The notes beneath the pieces were generated by a model that saw only the letters and a list, made by a program, of their open reading frames with translations, did no database searches and was not told where the DNA came from. Source: Eledone cirrhosa (lineage: Eukaryota). Taken from it: a DNA stretch of 64,000 nt. Below are positions 39,155 to 56,623 of the stretch, piece by piece (the stretch's first letter is position 1; every line of letters starts with the position of its first letter). The stretch covers positions 152,520,001 to 152,584,000 of the forward strand of contig OZ024742.1 in the NCBI GenBank assembly GCA_964016885.1. The letters are read 5' to 3'. The position numbers were made by a program, and so were the translations under genes.

Positions 39155-39372
39155 CATATATATATAGAGTTAAATAAAATATACAGTTAATAACTCATAG
39201 ATACCCTGCAATTAACATGCTCAAAGTATAAAGACTGAGCATTATAACATTAATATGTGTAGAAGTAAACATTATTTCTAGCATAACTACTCGCTCCGGA
39301 TATGACTTTCAACGCACGTGGTGTAAGCTTTAGTGAGTTTATTGTTATAGGTGTTATGTAACATTTAATCTT

Positions 39373-39464
39373 ATCTCCTGCTGACGAAATGCCTACGGAT
39401 TACTTGTTACAAAAACGATTCATTCAGGGCGAAACATATTAAATCTTTAGTCTGTCCAGGAGAT
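39373..39464 (+). ncRNA. Type I hammerhead ribozyme with extended stems
   Basis: atctcctg CTGACGA ..gcc....ggc GAAA catattaaa-tc-tttagtctg TC caggagat; 8-bp stem I, GUC triplet. Confidence 0.82.
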
Positions 39465-39614
39465 GAAATGGTTATTGATATGGTATGTATGAGAAATCTT
39501 GTAAGAAATCGTGTAACATCCCATATGATTCAAGTTGAATGATATATAACATTTGTGGTGTAATCTACCCTCGTAATTTTAGACACGGGTTTACTGTGTT
39601 TACTTCTTCACATA

Positions 39615-40476
<862 letters not shown>

Positions 40477-42195
40477 CTAGCAGATTTACCTGGCGTTGCT
40501 CGGAGTTTGAAATTATACTAAGAATATACATCTAGGAAGTAAAAAAAGAACAATATTTCTCCCCAACCTGTCAACATAAGAAGTCTTCAATAATTAATGC
40601 AAACGAATATTTAGTGCAATCTTTGTACACATAAAACTATGCTGATAATGAAGGAAAACACTGAACAGAATGTAGTTATACAAATGATTAAAGACAATAC
40701 ACGTTGCAAATCTGTAAAAAAAGATGCAGTTTTGCTAAAGTACAAAAAGTTGCAAAGAAAGCAGAGTTGTATACAAACAAAAAAAAAACAATGAGAGTAG
40801 TACAAGAGAAAATCTATTCTTTGAGAGTATCCTTTACTGTGTATGGTTAACTTTTGAACTTTTAATCCAAAATATCCTGCATGACATATTCATTGGTATG
40901 TTTTGTATGAGTAAGGTGAAGTCAAGGCAGAGCTATAATAAGTTTTTTTGTTAACATTAAAGCACTTCAGGATAGACGTTATTCTTTGTTTTTCTTTTTG
41001 CAACAAACGCAAAGAGATTATCTCTACTGCCAACTCGTGAGCAGGCAACGTAGGATTCTCCATGCGAAAAGCAAGGTTCATCGAAGTGAATTCCAGTGAC
41101 GGACAGAGTTTGACCTTGCGACTTGTTTATGGACATCGCAAAGACAATACGAAGGGGAAATTGGGTTCGGCGAAAGGAGAAGGGAGTATCCACGCCTGAT
41201 GTAGTCAGACTAATTTTTGTTAATATCACATCCTCGCCTTTTCCACATAGAATGGTAGCGTCAATACTAAGTGGAGACAGTTTTTTAACCAAAAGGCGTG
41301 TACCATTGCATAGTTTTGGAGGAGTGATATTTCTCAGCAAAATAACTGGCGTTCCCTCGTTCAGAACCAATGTAAACCAGGAGGATTTAAAGAATTTAAA
41401 AATTCAACTGGATAGTTGACCGCATCCCGTGGATCACATACAGTATCAATAGATATATATATCTGTGGACATCCAGGAAGAATTCTGTTCAGTATGTTCC
41501 TTAATTATCAACAATTTTGATGTGTAGTAATACAGCTGGAAGCATAGATAATGTCTGCCTCAAATGTGGACGAAATTACATTAAAAATGTAAAGCTGTAG
41601 GCCCCGATGGTTTGAATGGAAACTCCCATAAGGATTGTTCTAAAATTAAACAAACCATCATCAAAATCTCATCAATTCGAGACTGCTGCGAAATTAAGCC
41701 CTTAACGCGAAAATTAACACTTAATATAGTGAAACAAGTTAAAACAACAAGTGTTTTTTTAACTTTGAAAGTGCAACAAAGATTAAACAAGAAACAAACG
41801 ATAATATTAGTGATTTATCTTCAAATGAATCTGATGTTTATATTTCTGAAATTTCGTCCGACGATGATTGTTGTTTTAACATTGAAAACGAAGGTCTCCA
41901 TATCTCACACTCTTCATAAGGATTGTCAATAAAGTTGGTTATCTCCCTTTTTCTATAACCATTGTCTATAAAGTTGGTTATCTCCCTTAGATAAATTTGG
42001 CTACCGATAATTTTGATATCAATTTTTTATTGCTCAACGTGGGTCGATTGGAAAATTGTTTGTGATGTGACCATCGTAGCGACGTGTGCAACGTACACAG
42101 AAAGTTTAGTCAAATTCGGTTGGTAATTGTAAAAGACTTAGCTATCCAAAGTTGTACACAGACACACACACATGCTCGCTTTTATATATATAAAG
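40477..42195 (-). mobile_element. Internally deleted Helitron with both termini
   Basis: Minus-strand 3' end ccgagcaacgccagg-taaatctg-CTAG|T at 40477-40503. 5' end tatatatataaaagcgagcatgtgtgtg plus accgaatttgactaaacttt. Helicase remnant inside. Confidence 0.85.
40957..41460 (-). pseudogene. Helitron PIF1-type helicase C-terminal fragment
   Basis: GTPVILLRNITPPKLCNGTRL, RTQFPLRIVFAMSINKSQGQTL, CFSHGESYVACSRV, TKNNVYPEVL. Confidence 0.92.
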
Positions 42196-42303
42196 TATAT
42201 ATATAAAGTATATATATACACATATATATATATTATATATATATATATATATACACACACACATATATATATATATATACATACATATACACACATATAT
42301 ATA

Positions 42304-42334
<31 letters not shown>

Positions 42335-42395
42335 TATATATATTATATATATATACACACATATATGTATATTATATATATATATATATATACGC

Positions 42396-42450
<55 letters not shown>

Positions 42451-42487
42451 TATATATATACATATATATAATATATATATATACACT

Positions 42488-42544
<57 letters not shown>

Positions 42545-42738
42545 TATATATGTGTGTGTGTGTGCGTGTGCGTGTGGGGGTATGTGTGTTTGCGTATGTG
42601 TGTAGTATGTATTTTTTATGATTGGTATTGGAATTTCTTGGAATCAATCAATAATTCAATTTTGAGTTAAAAGCAGAAATAAACGCACACAGACACACAT
42701 CCATATAGACACACATACACACGCACATACATATAGAT

Positions 42739-42795
<57 letters not shown>

Positions 42796-43349
42796 CCCAC
42801 CTATCTACATACATATATTCATACTTTCATCCATACATATATATGTACCTACCTACATAAATACATATATTCATACTTACTTACATCCATACAAAAACGT
42901 AGATATATAAATCGGAGAGAATACACGTAGCATTAGTTCCGTCTTTATGTGTAATTTCCCGTTTCTTGCACGTTCTTCGATGCGTCTTCAATAGCGTGCA
43001 TAAAACGGGAAACTAATAAATATCAGTTGAACTTGAACTACGAAAGACTGAATAGCAATGTACAATATAGCTGTTTAGCCCTTCATTTAGCTTTCCTCTC
43101 CCCTCACTCTCTCCCCCTCTCTATCACTCTCTCTCTCTCTCTCTCTATTTATCCATCTATCTATTTCTCTATCTAATTCATATATCATCTCTTCCTCTCT
43201 CTGCCATTTTCTCTGTTTTTAGATACGTGTCTATTTGTGTATCTATCTACCAATCTATATACATATATGTATCAATAATTGTTCCATATTGCTGGGCGAC
43301 CGCAATATTACACCCATACTCAAAAAGTCCCACACAAGCACGCACGCAC

Positions 43350-43427
<78 letters not shown>

Positions 43428-43924
43428 TCATAGCTTATGCTTTTGCTTTGCTGTGTTCTTTATTGGCATCTTATGAGTCTTGTTCGTTGTATGGAGTCAT
43501 CTCAATTTATGTGATACAGTTGACACTTCGAAAAATATCTAGACTCTTGAGGATCTGTACAGTGATGAACAAATCCTTCGTATATACCGTGGTATAGTCC
43601 ACGGCTTTATATTGAAACATATGTAGACTAAAGATATGTTTTAAGTAAACTTTTTTCTTTTGCCATCTACATGAGGAAATCCAGCCACCGAGAAAGTCCT
43701 TAGCGTATTTCGGATTATTGCTGTATGAGGGAAACTAGATAGCATCAAGCTTCTCTTATCTTTACCAGGATATATATTTGAATACCCCAATATCACCAAA
43801 TACGGCCGACTGAATACGCACGAGTGTTTTTTTTTTGTTTTCTCCTCAATTTCTTTTCTTATATCCTCCGTTCCTTCCTCTCATCACTCTTTACTTTCTA
43901 TGTATCTTCTATTTCTAACTCTAT

Positions 43925-43958
43925 CTTCTGATGAAGGACTAATGTCCAAAACGTTGTC
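43925..43958 (+). ncRNA. Decayed minimal hammerhead (G12>A)
   Basis: CTGATGA a-ggac-taat-gtcc aAAA cg TT; same architecture as 38689-38723. Confidence 0.5.
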
Positions 43959-44050
43959 TATCTTCCTGCTATTTCAATCGTTAAACTAATATATTCTTTT
44001 CATGTACTGTGCCATTTGTTTTGTTATTTTTGATAGTTCTGTTTACCTTT

Positions 44051-44110
<60 letters not shown>

Positions 44111-44749
44111 TATATATATATAGAGAGAGAGAGAGATAATTAGTTAATGTATTGTTATGCGAGAAGAAGCCACGCTAAATTGTAGATTAATATATATTAA
44201 ATATCCAGGCTTATATTACAACACATTTTCTCCGCATATATCAGAACTGAGTCAACGCCCGGAGAAAAAATTTCTTGCGGCAGCATATATTTATTTTTAA
44301 GCCAAGGATGGGTGTTGTCCGTTGTGTTATTACTTTGTTGATTTGTTTGATATTAGCCATCGAATTCGAATAACAGCGATGAAATGGCAGTCTTTACCAT
44401 GATTTGCGATAAGTGTTTTGGCTCTCTATGCTCCCAGTTCAAAAGCCTGTAAAGTCAACTTGCCTTTCACTATTTTAATGTTAAAAACTTACCAATCCAA
44501 TGCTGGGTTCGATCTTTTCTTTATATATCTTGCTTACTTCCTAACTACCTCATTTTCTCTCGCTTCTGAAAGAAACCGAATTTCTTTAACGTGGGGAGTG
44601 GATGGGTTATGCCAGTATTACATTGCCCAAGATCCGCTGCTGTGTCACTGGGGCTCACCAACGTCTCCCGCGGGTGTTACATTTCCATTTCCACACATAC
44701 TATGTGTGTTTTTCAGGATGCACGTCAAATCTACGTGTCATATTGTTCT

Positions 44750-45901
<1,152 letters not shown>

Positions 45902-45911
45902 TATATATATA

Positions 45912-47385
<1,474 letters not shown>

Positions 47386-47837
47386 CAATAACCAATCAAT
47401 CGACAGAATCCTAAGACCAGTCTATGCCCGCCATGACTATTTGTGACGACTGACACAGTAAAGCTATTAGCAACTGGCACCCGATAGGACTCTATCTCCC
47501 AACTAGCCACTGATTTACAAAGTTTACGTGGGGCTTGGAAGCTAAAAAGAATCAATCTTTTCGTTCCTGTCAGAAGTCTCAGCCAACGTGTCTCACACAC
47601 AAATTATCAAAGGGTGAAAAGATGGCCATTAGAAATAGCAGTTCACATTGATATAAAATACAATAGTAGCATTCGGTTCATGTCTCCAAGCCTCATGGCG
47701 AGAGGAAAGCGTTGGTAACAATGGCAGTGCCAAGAACGTTTAACGATCATCTATTATATAGCAATATAGTAGCGAGCTGAAATGTGTCAGCCGCGTGCGT
47801 AGATAACCAGTCTATTTCACTTATATATATATATATA

Positions 47838-48625
47838 AGAAAAAGGGATATTCAATTTGTTGGTAATTCAACAAATAAACATTTTTATAACTGATTCAGA
47901 GCACACGATCGTGTAAACATATTATATACGTAACTTCGCTAAATTAACAATATTATGAAAACATTTTCAATGTTGCAGAAAATATTCAAATCTATAAATT
48001 GTTCTCCTCTCACAACTTGAACCACCTACTTATTTACATAAAACACAAAATCAACTTCCCGCGTAACTCATATTAGAAATATAAACAACTAATAATTTTA
48101 AATTGTCTATATCTCTTTAATACTAATATATATTTAGTTATATACAGGCTTTTATGCATATAACCTACTACAATATTGTAATAAGATAAATACTTACAAA
48201 CATAGTTCTCCATATAAGTATATACATGATATAGGTAAATATTCAAATGTTTTCCCCAAAATTAACGTAAATACAAGGTCTTCTTTTCTTCTTTTTTCGT
48301 TCTTTCTTTTTTCTTTCTTTTCTACTCATACAAACACATATCTAAATTCTCCATAGCGTCTAAAATAACGTTTTTTCAAACCTATACCTCAACCTCATTT
48401 ACATATTCATTTGCATACTCATCTTAACAATTTTGAAATATCTGTCTTTAACTCCACTATCCAAGGAAAACTTCAACCGTTAAGGTATGTTCTTTGGCTA
48501 TGTCAAAATTTTAAAACACACTTTGTATTTTATCTGATGAAAGTGTACCAAAGTTTTGGTACCCTTGAAATATATATAATAGAATAAATATGGTTTTATA
48601 AATATAGTTTCCATTTATTTAATAC

Positions 48626-48630
<5 letters not shown>
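47838..48630 (+). mobile_element. PLE pseudo-LTR fragment related to 19600-19795 and 50055-50320
   Basis: Shared ccgttaaggt..tatgtcaa..tgtattttatctgatga..gaaatatatataat..aataaatatggttttataaatat. Confidence 0.7.
48526..48586 (+). ncRNA. Type I hammerhead ribozyme
   Basis: tattttat CTGATGA aag-t-gtaccaa-agtt-ttggtac-c-ctt GAAA tatata TA atagaata. Confidence 0.85.
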
Positions 48631-48688
<58 letters not shown>

Positions 48689-48741
48689 CGTACACATATA
48701 TGTTTGTATGTAGATTTATATATATATATGTTTGTATGTAG

Positions 48742-49693
<952 letters not shown>

Positions 49694-49741
49694 TATACGA
49701 TATTAAACAAATGGAAATTACATTTATAAAACCATATTTAT

Positions 49742-49924
49742 GTGGATTGGCAGTATCGGTAGAGAGTCGGACGCCATGCTTTTCAGCATAGTTACGTCCC
49801 TTTACGATCTGAGTTCAAATCCCGCCGAGGTTGACTTTGCCTTTCATCCTTACAGGGTCGATAAAATAAAGTACCAGTAATACACTGGGTAATTGCTGGC
49901 CTTGTGCCTAAAGTAGAAACAATT
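49742..49924 (+). mobile_element. SINE family A
   Basis: Aligns along its length with 16687-16869; no TSD, ~3-4 bp of target lost. Confidence 0.92.
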
Positions 49925-50127
49925 ATATATATTTCAGGGATATCATATTAAAATATGGTATGCCTTCTTCAGACAAAATACAATATATAGACAGTTTTAT
50001 AAATAAATTTGACATACCTTAGAGTTTACAACTTCCATTTAAAAAGTTGTTACCGTAACAACTTTTTAAATGGAAGTTGTAAACTCTAAGGTATGTCAAA
50101 TTTATTTATAAAACTGTCTATATATTG

Positions 50128-50192
50128 TATTTTGTCTGAAGAAGGCATACCATATTTTAATATGATATCCCTGAAATATATATAATGAAATA
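50128..50192 (+). ncRNA. Type I hammerhead ribozyme (mirror copy on minus strand at 49922-49980)
   Basis: tattttgt CTGAAGA agg..catatt-tt-aatatg..cct GAAA tatata TA atgaaata. Confidence 0.8.
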
Positions 50193-50362
50193 AATATGGT
50201 TTTATAAATGTAATTTCCATTTGTTTAATATCGTAAAATACTCCAAAACTTGTTGAGTGCTTTTATATCAGTTATAAAATATTTACTCGTTGTAACCCAA
50301 CATTTTAAATAAAACTTTTGCATATATATACATATATATATATATATGTTTGTATGTAGATT

Positions 50363-50414
<52 letters not shown>

Positions 50415-50417
<3 letters not shown>

Positions 50418-51036
50418 GGAAAAAATGAAACGAAATTTCATTTCTCACTCTTAGTACGGCTGTTACTTAAATATAAGTATGTACACGTACATACATATAT
50501 GTGTACAGACGTACATTAGTATGTATATATATACATACATGCACACATATATATATATGTACGTACGGATTCACCGAACATTTATTATAATGCTCGGTGA
50601 GTTTAAGCAGTAGTGTCTAGCAACCATCGTTGCTCGTTTGTTCAAAAGTGTATACATATATGTATCTACGTGTACATACTTATATTTAAGTAACAGCCGT
50701 AGTAAGAGTGGGAAATTAAATTTCGTTTCATTTCTTCCGTTAATCATTTTCGGTGCACCCGGCCGATTAACCCACTCGATATGCAAATTGTGCTACTCAG
50801 CCGTTAATATGCATAAGGTAAGTATATACGTTCAACAATCTGGCAGGATGGTATACGTTGCTGACGATAGCTAATAAGCTTGAAACTAGTACAGCGTTCC
50901 TTTGTCAGTGTTGAACAAACGAGCAGCGATGGTTGCTAGACACTACGGCTTAATACGGGATGTTTGTTTACAAGCACACCGAGCATTATAATAAATGTTC
51001 GGTGAATCCATACGTACATATATATGTGTGTGCATG

Positions 51037-51073
<37 letters not shown>

Positions 51074-51140
51074 GTGCATGTATGTATATATACATACTAC
51101 TGTACGTCTGTATACATATTTGTATGTACGTGTACATACG

Positions 51141-51145
<5 letters not shown>
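50415..51145 (+). mobile_element. Non-coding hammerhead-containing repeat (retrozyme-like) preceded by inverted segments of itself
   Basis: 50650-51145 is homologous to 62571-63082; 50415-50645 is inverted pieces of the same unit. Confidence 0.7.
50855..50897 (+). ncRNA. Type I minimal hammerhead ribozyme
   Basis: acgttg CTGACGA t-agct-aata-agct-t GAAA ctag TA cagcgt. Confidence 0.85.
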
Positions 51146-51164
<19 letters not shown>

Positions 51165-51171
<7 letters not shown>

Positions 51172-52054
51172 ACTAGAGATTGATTAATATATAAATAAAC
51201 ATGAATAATCACAGGGAAGATTAATCATATTATAAGGTATCTATTTTTGAAGTTCTGGTCAACTTTATTTAGTCCCCTACCTAGTTATGTGTGGTTACAC
51301 ACTTGTAAAAATTATCTCCTGTGATTATTCATGTTTATTTATATGTTAATCAATCTCTAGTTATTATAAAATGCTCGGACCTACTCGTTAGAATCTTAGA
51401 GCTTATTTTGCGGGTGATATGGCACATGTCTTTCTGGCATGACACCCATAATTTTGATTTAGATTAAATTCATTTGATTTATCTTAATTTTGGATATAGA
51501 TATATAAATACGGCTCCTTAATTGTAGAGCTAACTTTGTTGAAAGGACTCGACGGCTGTTTCTAGTTGTCGATAACCCTATTCACGCCACTGGGACGAAG
51601 CTAGTATGATGTGTGTATTTCTAGTAAATACAACACGTGCTGGCCAGTCGCTGATTTGAACTTAAAATGTAAACACGGATTGCTGGAACTTGTTCCTTGT
51701 TGAAAATCCAAGTCTCCACTTCTGTGGTTTACCATCTGATTAATTGGTGAACTATATTTCTTTAATGGAATATATAGTGGGAAGATTAATCATATTATAA
51801 GGTATCTATTTTTGAAGTTCTGGTCAACTTTATATAGTTACCTACCAAGCTATGTGTGGTTACGCACTTTTAAAAATTATCTCCTGTGATTATTCATGTT
51901 TATTTATATGTTAATCAATCTCTAGTTATTATAAAATGCTCGGACCTACGCGTTAGAGTCTTAGAGCTTATTTTGTGGGTGATATGGCGCATGTCTTTCT
52001 GGCATGACACCCATAATTTTGATTTAGATAAATTCATTTGATTTATCTTAATTT

Positions 52055-52056
<2 letters not shown>
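51165..52056. repeat. 1.5-copy tandem repeat (~565-bp period) with a short inverted leader
   Basis: 51214-51490 repeats at 51779-52056; 51165-51214 is the inverse of 51318-51367. Confidence 0.85.
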
Positions 52057-52102
<46 letters not shown>

Positions 52103-52120
52103 TTTATATATATATATATA

Positions 52121-52879
52121 TTTTTTTTTTCTATGGCGGGTAAAATTCCAGATATCCATGGACGAGTTCTCTCCAGCGGTCTCTGTCCCTCATTATCGCT
52201 GCCATATCCTGCGTCTCCAACAGACGAGTATCTGTCCTTAGGGCATCAACATACGTTAACCTTGGTCTTCCTCTTCTAGTGTGTCCATGTAGGGGCTCCC
52301 AAAGGAGCACTGTGTGCAATGTCAACTCTGGATGTCGGTGAGCATGTCCAGCTAACCTCAGTCTTCTCTTTTGAGCTGACTTTTGGGATGCTCCCATACA
52401 AGTCATTACACCTGATGGGATGTCAGAGTTCTTTGAGATACTGGCTGGAGTGCTCCAGGGAGATACATTGGCTCCCTACCTTTTTATCATCGTAGTGGAC
52501 TATTGTATGCGCCTTGCACTGGAGAAACACCAGGACTCTGGCTTTACTGTAGCATCGGCTCAGAGCAGGAGAGTTAGTGCGAAAAAGGTATCGGATGCTG
52601 AGTTTGCCGACGACATAGTTTTGGTGACAAATACAGTGAAGGAGGCAGAGGATTTGATGCGGGAGGTTTAGACTGTGTCGATGAGTGTGGGACTGAGAAT
52701 GAATGAGACTAAAACAAAATATCTGCTAGAGAATGTTGAGAAGCCAGAGAGGATCACTAATGCAGGCGGGAAGCCGCTAGAATTGGTTGAGGGCTTCCTG
52801 TATTTGGGAGCAAAGATTGGGAATACGGAAGATGATGTGGTTGAGAGGAAGAGCAAGGCCTGGGCGGCGTGCCACAGCT

Positions 52880-52880
<1 letters not shown>
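52121..52880 (-). mobile_element. RTE-type LINE fragment with 5' inversion
   Basis: Minus 52121-52375: RRLRLAGH..LLWEP..RRGRP..YVD..RDRWR plus A10 tail. Plus 52380-52880: GVLQGDTLAPYLFIIVVD, EFADDIVL, GLRMNETKTKYL, FLYLG. Confidence 0.88.
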
Positions 52881-52950
<70 letters not shown>

Positions 52951-53132
52951 TACATATATATAAATCTACATACATACATTTACGCATGTATATAGCTATT
53001 CATTTATACATTTGTATATATACATGCATTTATATTTAAGTGTGTACGGATATATATATATTTATATGTGTGTGTGTGTGTGTGTGTGTATAATATATAT
53101 ATTATACACACACATACACGCACACACACATA

Positions 53133-54167
53133 CTGCAGTGGATATAGCGCATGTATCTCAGACATGAAAACTCTTAATTTAATTTCGGATATATATACGA
53201 CCCTTTAATTGTAGAGCTGACTTACTTGAATGGACTCGGCTGCTATTTCTAGCTGTCGATAATTCTCTTTACGCCACTGGGATGACGCTGTGCGATGTGT
53301 GTATTTTTAAAAATATGCAACACGTGGTACGAGTCATTCACATTTGCATTTGCTGTGTAAACACATATGGTTGGTCCTCTCCTTTGCTGACCATCCGGAT
53401 TTGACTACTGTGATTTACCGATTAATTGGTGAAATATATTCCTTATTTAAAGAAATATATACAAAGGAGATTAATCATTTTAAAAGGTATCTATATTTGA
53501 AGTTCTAGTTAAACTTTAATTAGTTACCTACCTAGTTATGTGTGCTTACACACTTTACAAACTTTTCCCTGTGATTGTTTCATATGTTTATTTTATATAT
53601 ATATATGTTAATCTATTTCTAGTTGATATAAAATGCTCGGATCTTTTCATTGGAATCTTTGAACGTATTCTGCAGTGGATATGGCGCATGTCTCTCAGAC
53701 ATGAAAACCCTTAATTTAATTTTTGATATATATATACAGCCCCTTAATTGTAGTGATAACTCACTTGAATGGACTCGGCTGCTATTTCTAGCTGTCGATA
53801 ATCCTATTTATCCCACTGGGATGACGCTGTACGATGTGTGTATTTAAAAAAAAATGCAACACGAGGTACGAGTCATTCACAGATGTACATTTGCTATGTA
53901 AACACAGATGGTTGGATCTTCTCCTTTGCTGGCCCTCCGGATTTTGTCTACTGTGATTTACCGATTAATTGGTGAAATATATTTTTTATTTAAAGAAATA
54001 TATACAAAGGAGATTAATCATTTTAAAAGGTATCTATATTTGAAGTTCTTAGTTAAACTTTAATTAGTTACCTACCTAGCTATGTGTGTTTACACACTTT
54101 ACAAATTATTCCCTGTGATTGTTTCATATGTTTATTTTATATATATATATGTTAATCTATGTCTAGT

Positions 54168-54170
<3 letters not shown>
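53133..54170. repeat. Tandem dimer (~537-bp period), diverged relative of 51165-52056
   Basis: ctgcagtggatat.gcgcatg at 53133 and 53670; shares ggactcg..tttctag.tgtcgataa and ggtatctat.tttgaagttct with 51.2-52.0 kb. Confidence 0.85.
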
Positions 54171-54223
<53 letters not shown>

Positions 54224-55185
54224 TGAAATTACCGTTGGAAACAGAAAAGGTCATAGAAATGAAGAGTGCTCTATGTAAGTATCAGAGCAAAATTTAATGT
54301 ATAAAAATCAATACAATATAATCACCTCATTACCAGAGGTTTCCCGAATGAGGCGAATACGAAATAAACGACTTCATTCGTTCGTCAGACGAGGCAATAT
54401 AAAACATGGGCAAATACTTAGAAAAACACATCAAGAAAATCAAAAAAAGATATAGATAAATGAAATAGAAATTGAAATATATAAAAATCTATCAAGAAAT
54501 ATAGTTAGGTGTGTGTATATGTATGTATATACGCTCACAGATATGCATATATGTATATGCGCACATGTATATGTATAGTGAGAAAGTGTGCGTAATTCTA
54601 AATTTTAGGGCAAATGTATCTATATGTCTGTATTATACAGACAGAAATGGTTACATCGTAAATATATGAATATGAAGGCGCGCGCATAAAACGCCAGCAC
54701 ACTCGTACACTTAGATACGGAAAGAAAGGAGGTAAGGGAGTGTAATAATTAAAAGAAAAGTATCAGTCTCGATATATTTATAAACATATAATAACGATAA
54801 ATTAGAAAGAAAAGATATTAGAAAGAAAAAATAAAAAAATTAAAGAAAACAAAAAACACAAAGGGGGGGGGGGGGGTACATACATACACAGACACGCGTG
54901 TCGCACAAAAGAAATGTAAAAATAATTTTGCTTATATACACACGCGCACTTACACATCCATACGTTCGATACGTACATACACACACACACACATACTTAT
55001 ACTCACGCATATAAACCTGTTTGCATGCCCACGCATGAAACTGAATAAGTAAAAAAAGGAAAGGGGGGTGGGGAGAAGAGAAACGGAACAAAACATAAAA
55101 CCGAGATGTCAAAAACACGGATATAAAGACACGTACACATACGCATAATATATACATACACACACACACAAACACATGTACACAC

Positions 55186-55232
<47 letters not shown>

Positions 55233-55933
55233 CATACACGCACGCGCGCGCACACACGTAGTCACTCATGTACATATATAAAAAGTATACACACATTAAG
55301 GCGTTCAGCCATATTGATACAGGGTGTAAAATACTTGTGGATAAATAAGTACAAATATAATATTGTAAGATAGGCTGCGCAAAAATAAAATAAAAATAAA
55401 AATGAAAAATATATCTGGATTGAAAAACACAAAAGACATGTGTAATCAGTTAGTGGAGGAAAAAGGGAAGTAAAAGAAGAGGAAGTAAAAAATAGAAAAT
55501 AGAAAGTGGATCGGAGAATAAAGGGGGGGGGGGGATGTGAAGTAAAAATAAAAGTGAAAATAAATGAAATTATTGACAAGGATAAAAATGAAAGTAAGTC
55601 AGAAAGGGTAATTAAAAAGAGAATAATAAGAGTTTATGGAGGATAAGTATCTGAAAGTCTGTTAAGTTTATATGAGCTAGAAAGCAGGTGTGATTTCATG
55701 TGTGGGCAACTGGTGAAAATTTCCGTCTTTGTGTTCAGGCAGGTCTTTGGTGATTTAAGATTTTGCAATATCCAACATTTTTCATTTATGGAGAGCGTAA
55801 GTACAAAGCGAAACCTACAGTAAGTAGGCACCTCTAACAAAATACACCCCCCTCCCACAACCCCCACCCCTTCCACACCAGCCCCTTAAATGTGAAGTTA
55901 TATTGGTACCACAACATCCTGTCCGAAACAAAT

Positions 55934-56335
55934 GAGGACGTGTAGGTGTAACGACAAATAAAAACACACAGTCCACGCTGTAATGTGGCCGTGTAGGTAA
56001 CACAGTAAAAACCTCCCAGTACACACTGTAAACGTGGTTGGTGTTGGGAAGGCCACCCAGCCGTAGAAAACCCGCCAGACGTGTAGGTGTCAAGACAAAA
56101 AAACACAGTCCATGCTGTAATGTGGCCGTGTAGGTAACAGGGTAAACACCTCCCAGTCCACACCGTAAACTTGGTTGGTGTTAGGAAGGGCATCCAGCCG
56201 TAGAAAACCCGCCAGACAGTCCTATACGAGCAGGACAACCAATCTTGCCTCAAGTGGAAAAACTCCCATCCAAACCCATGCAAGCGTGGAAGATGGACGT
56301 TAAACGATGATGATGATGATGATGATGATGATGAT
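55934..56335 (+). mobile_element. RTE-related SINE/LINE 3' end with internal ~140-bp tandem duplication and (GAT)n tail
   Basis: ggttggtgtt.ggaagg.ca.ccagccgtagaaaacc occurs twice; ends ggacgttaaac(gat)n. Confidence 0.65.
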
Positions 56336-56337
56336 AT

Positions 56338-56550
56338 ATGCTCAGTGTGACAATAAGCTTGCTTCCCGACCACATATTTCCGGGTTCAGTCCCACTACGC
56401 GTGCCGACCAAAGCCCTGTGAGTGGATTTGATAGACCGAAACTAAAGGAAGTTCGTTGTATATATGTATATATGTGCGTGTGTGTCTTTGCGTTTGTGTT
56501 TGCCCTCCCACCAATGCTTGTTGGTTTGTTGACGTCCCCATAACTTACCA
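56338..56550 (+). mobile_element. tRNA-derived SINE (family C)
   Basis: gctcagtg A-box-like and gggttcagtccc B-box-like head, followed by a TA/TG-rich tail. Confidence 0.6.
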
Positions 56551-56623
56551 AGGTAATGCTTCACCATGGGTGTAGTCCAGAGACAGAAAAAAAGTAAAGT
56601 ATTTATGTGTGTGTGTGTGTAGA

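Larger units (their letters stand above)
49696..50235. repeat. Fold-back PLE pLTR palindrome centred at 50054 (perfect 132-bp arms, 49922-50186)
   Basis: aaaaagttgttac-c-gtaacaacttttt centre. Outer arms 49696-49741 / 50190-50235 are separated from the left inner arm by a SINE. Confidence 0.95.
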
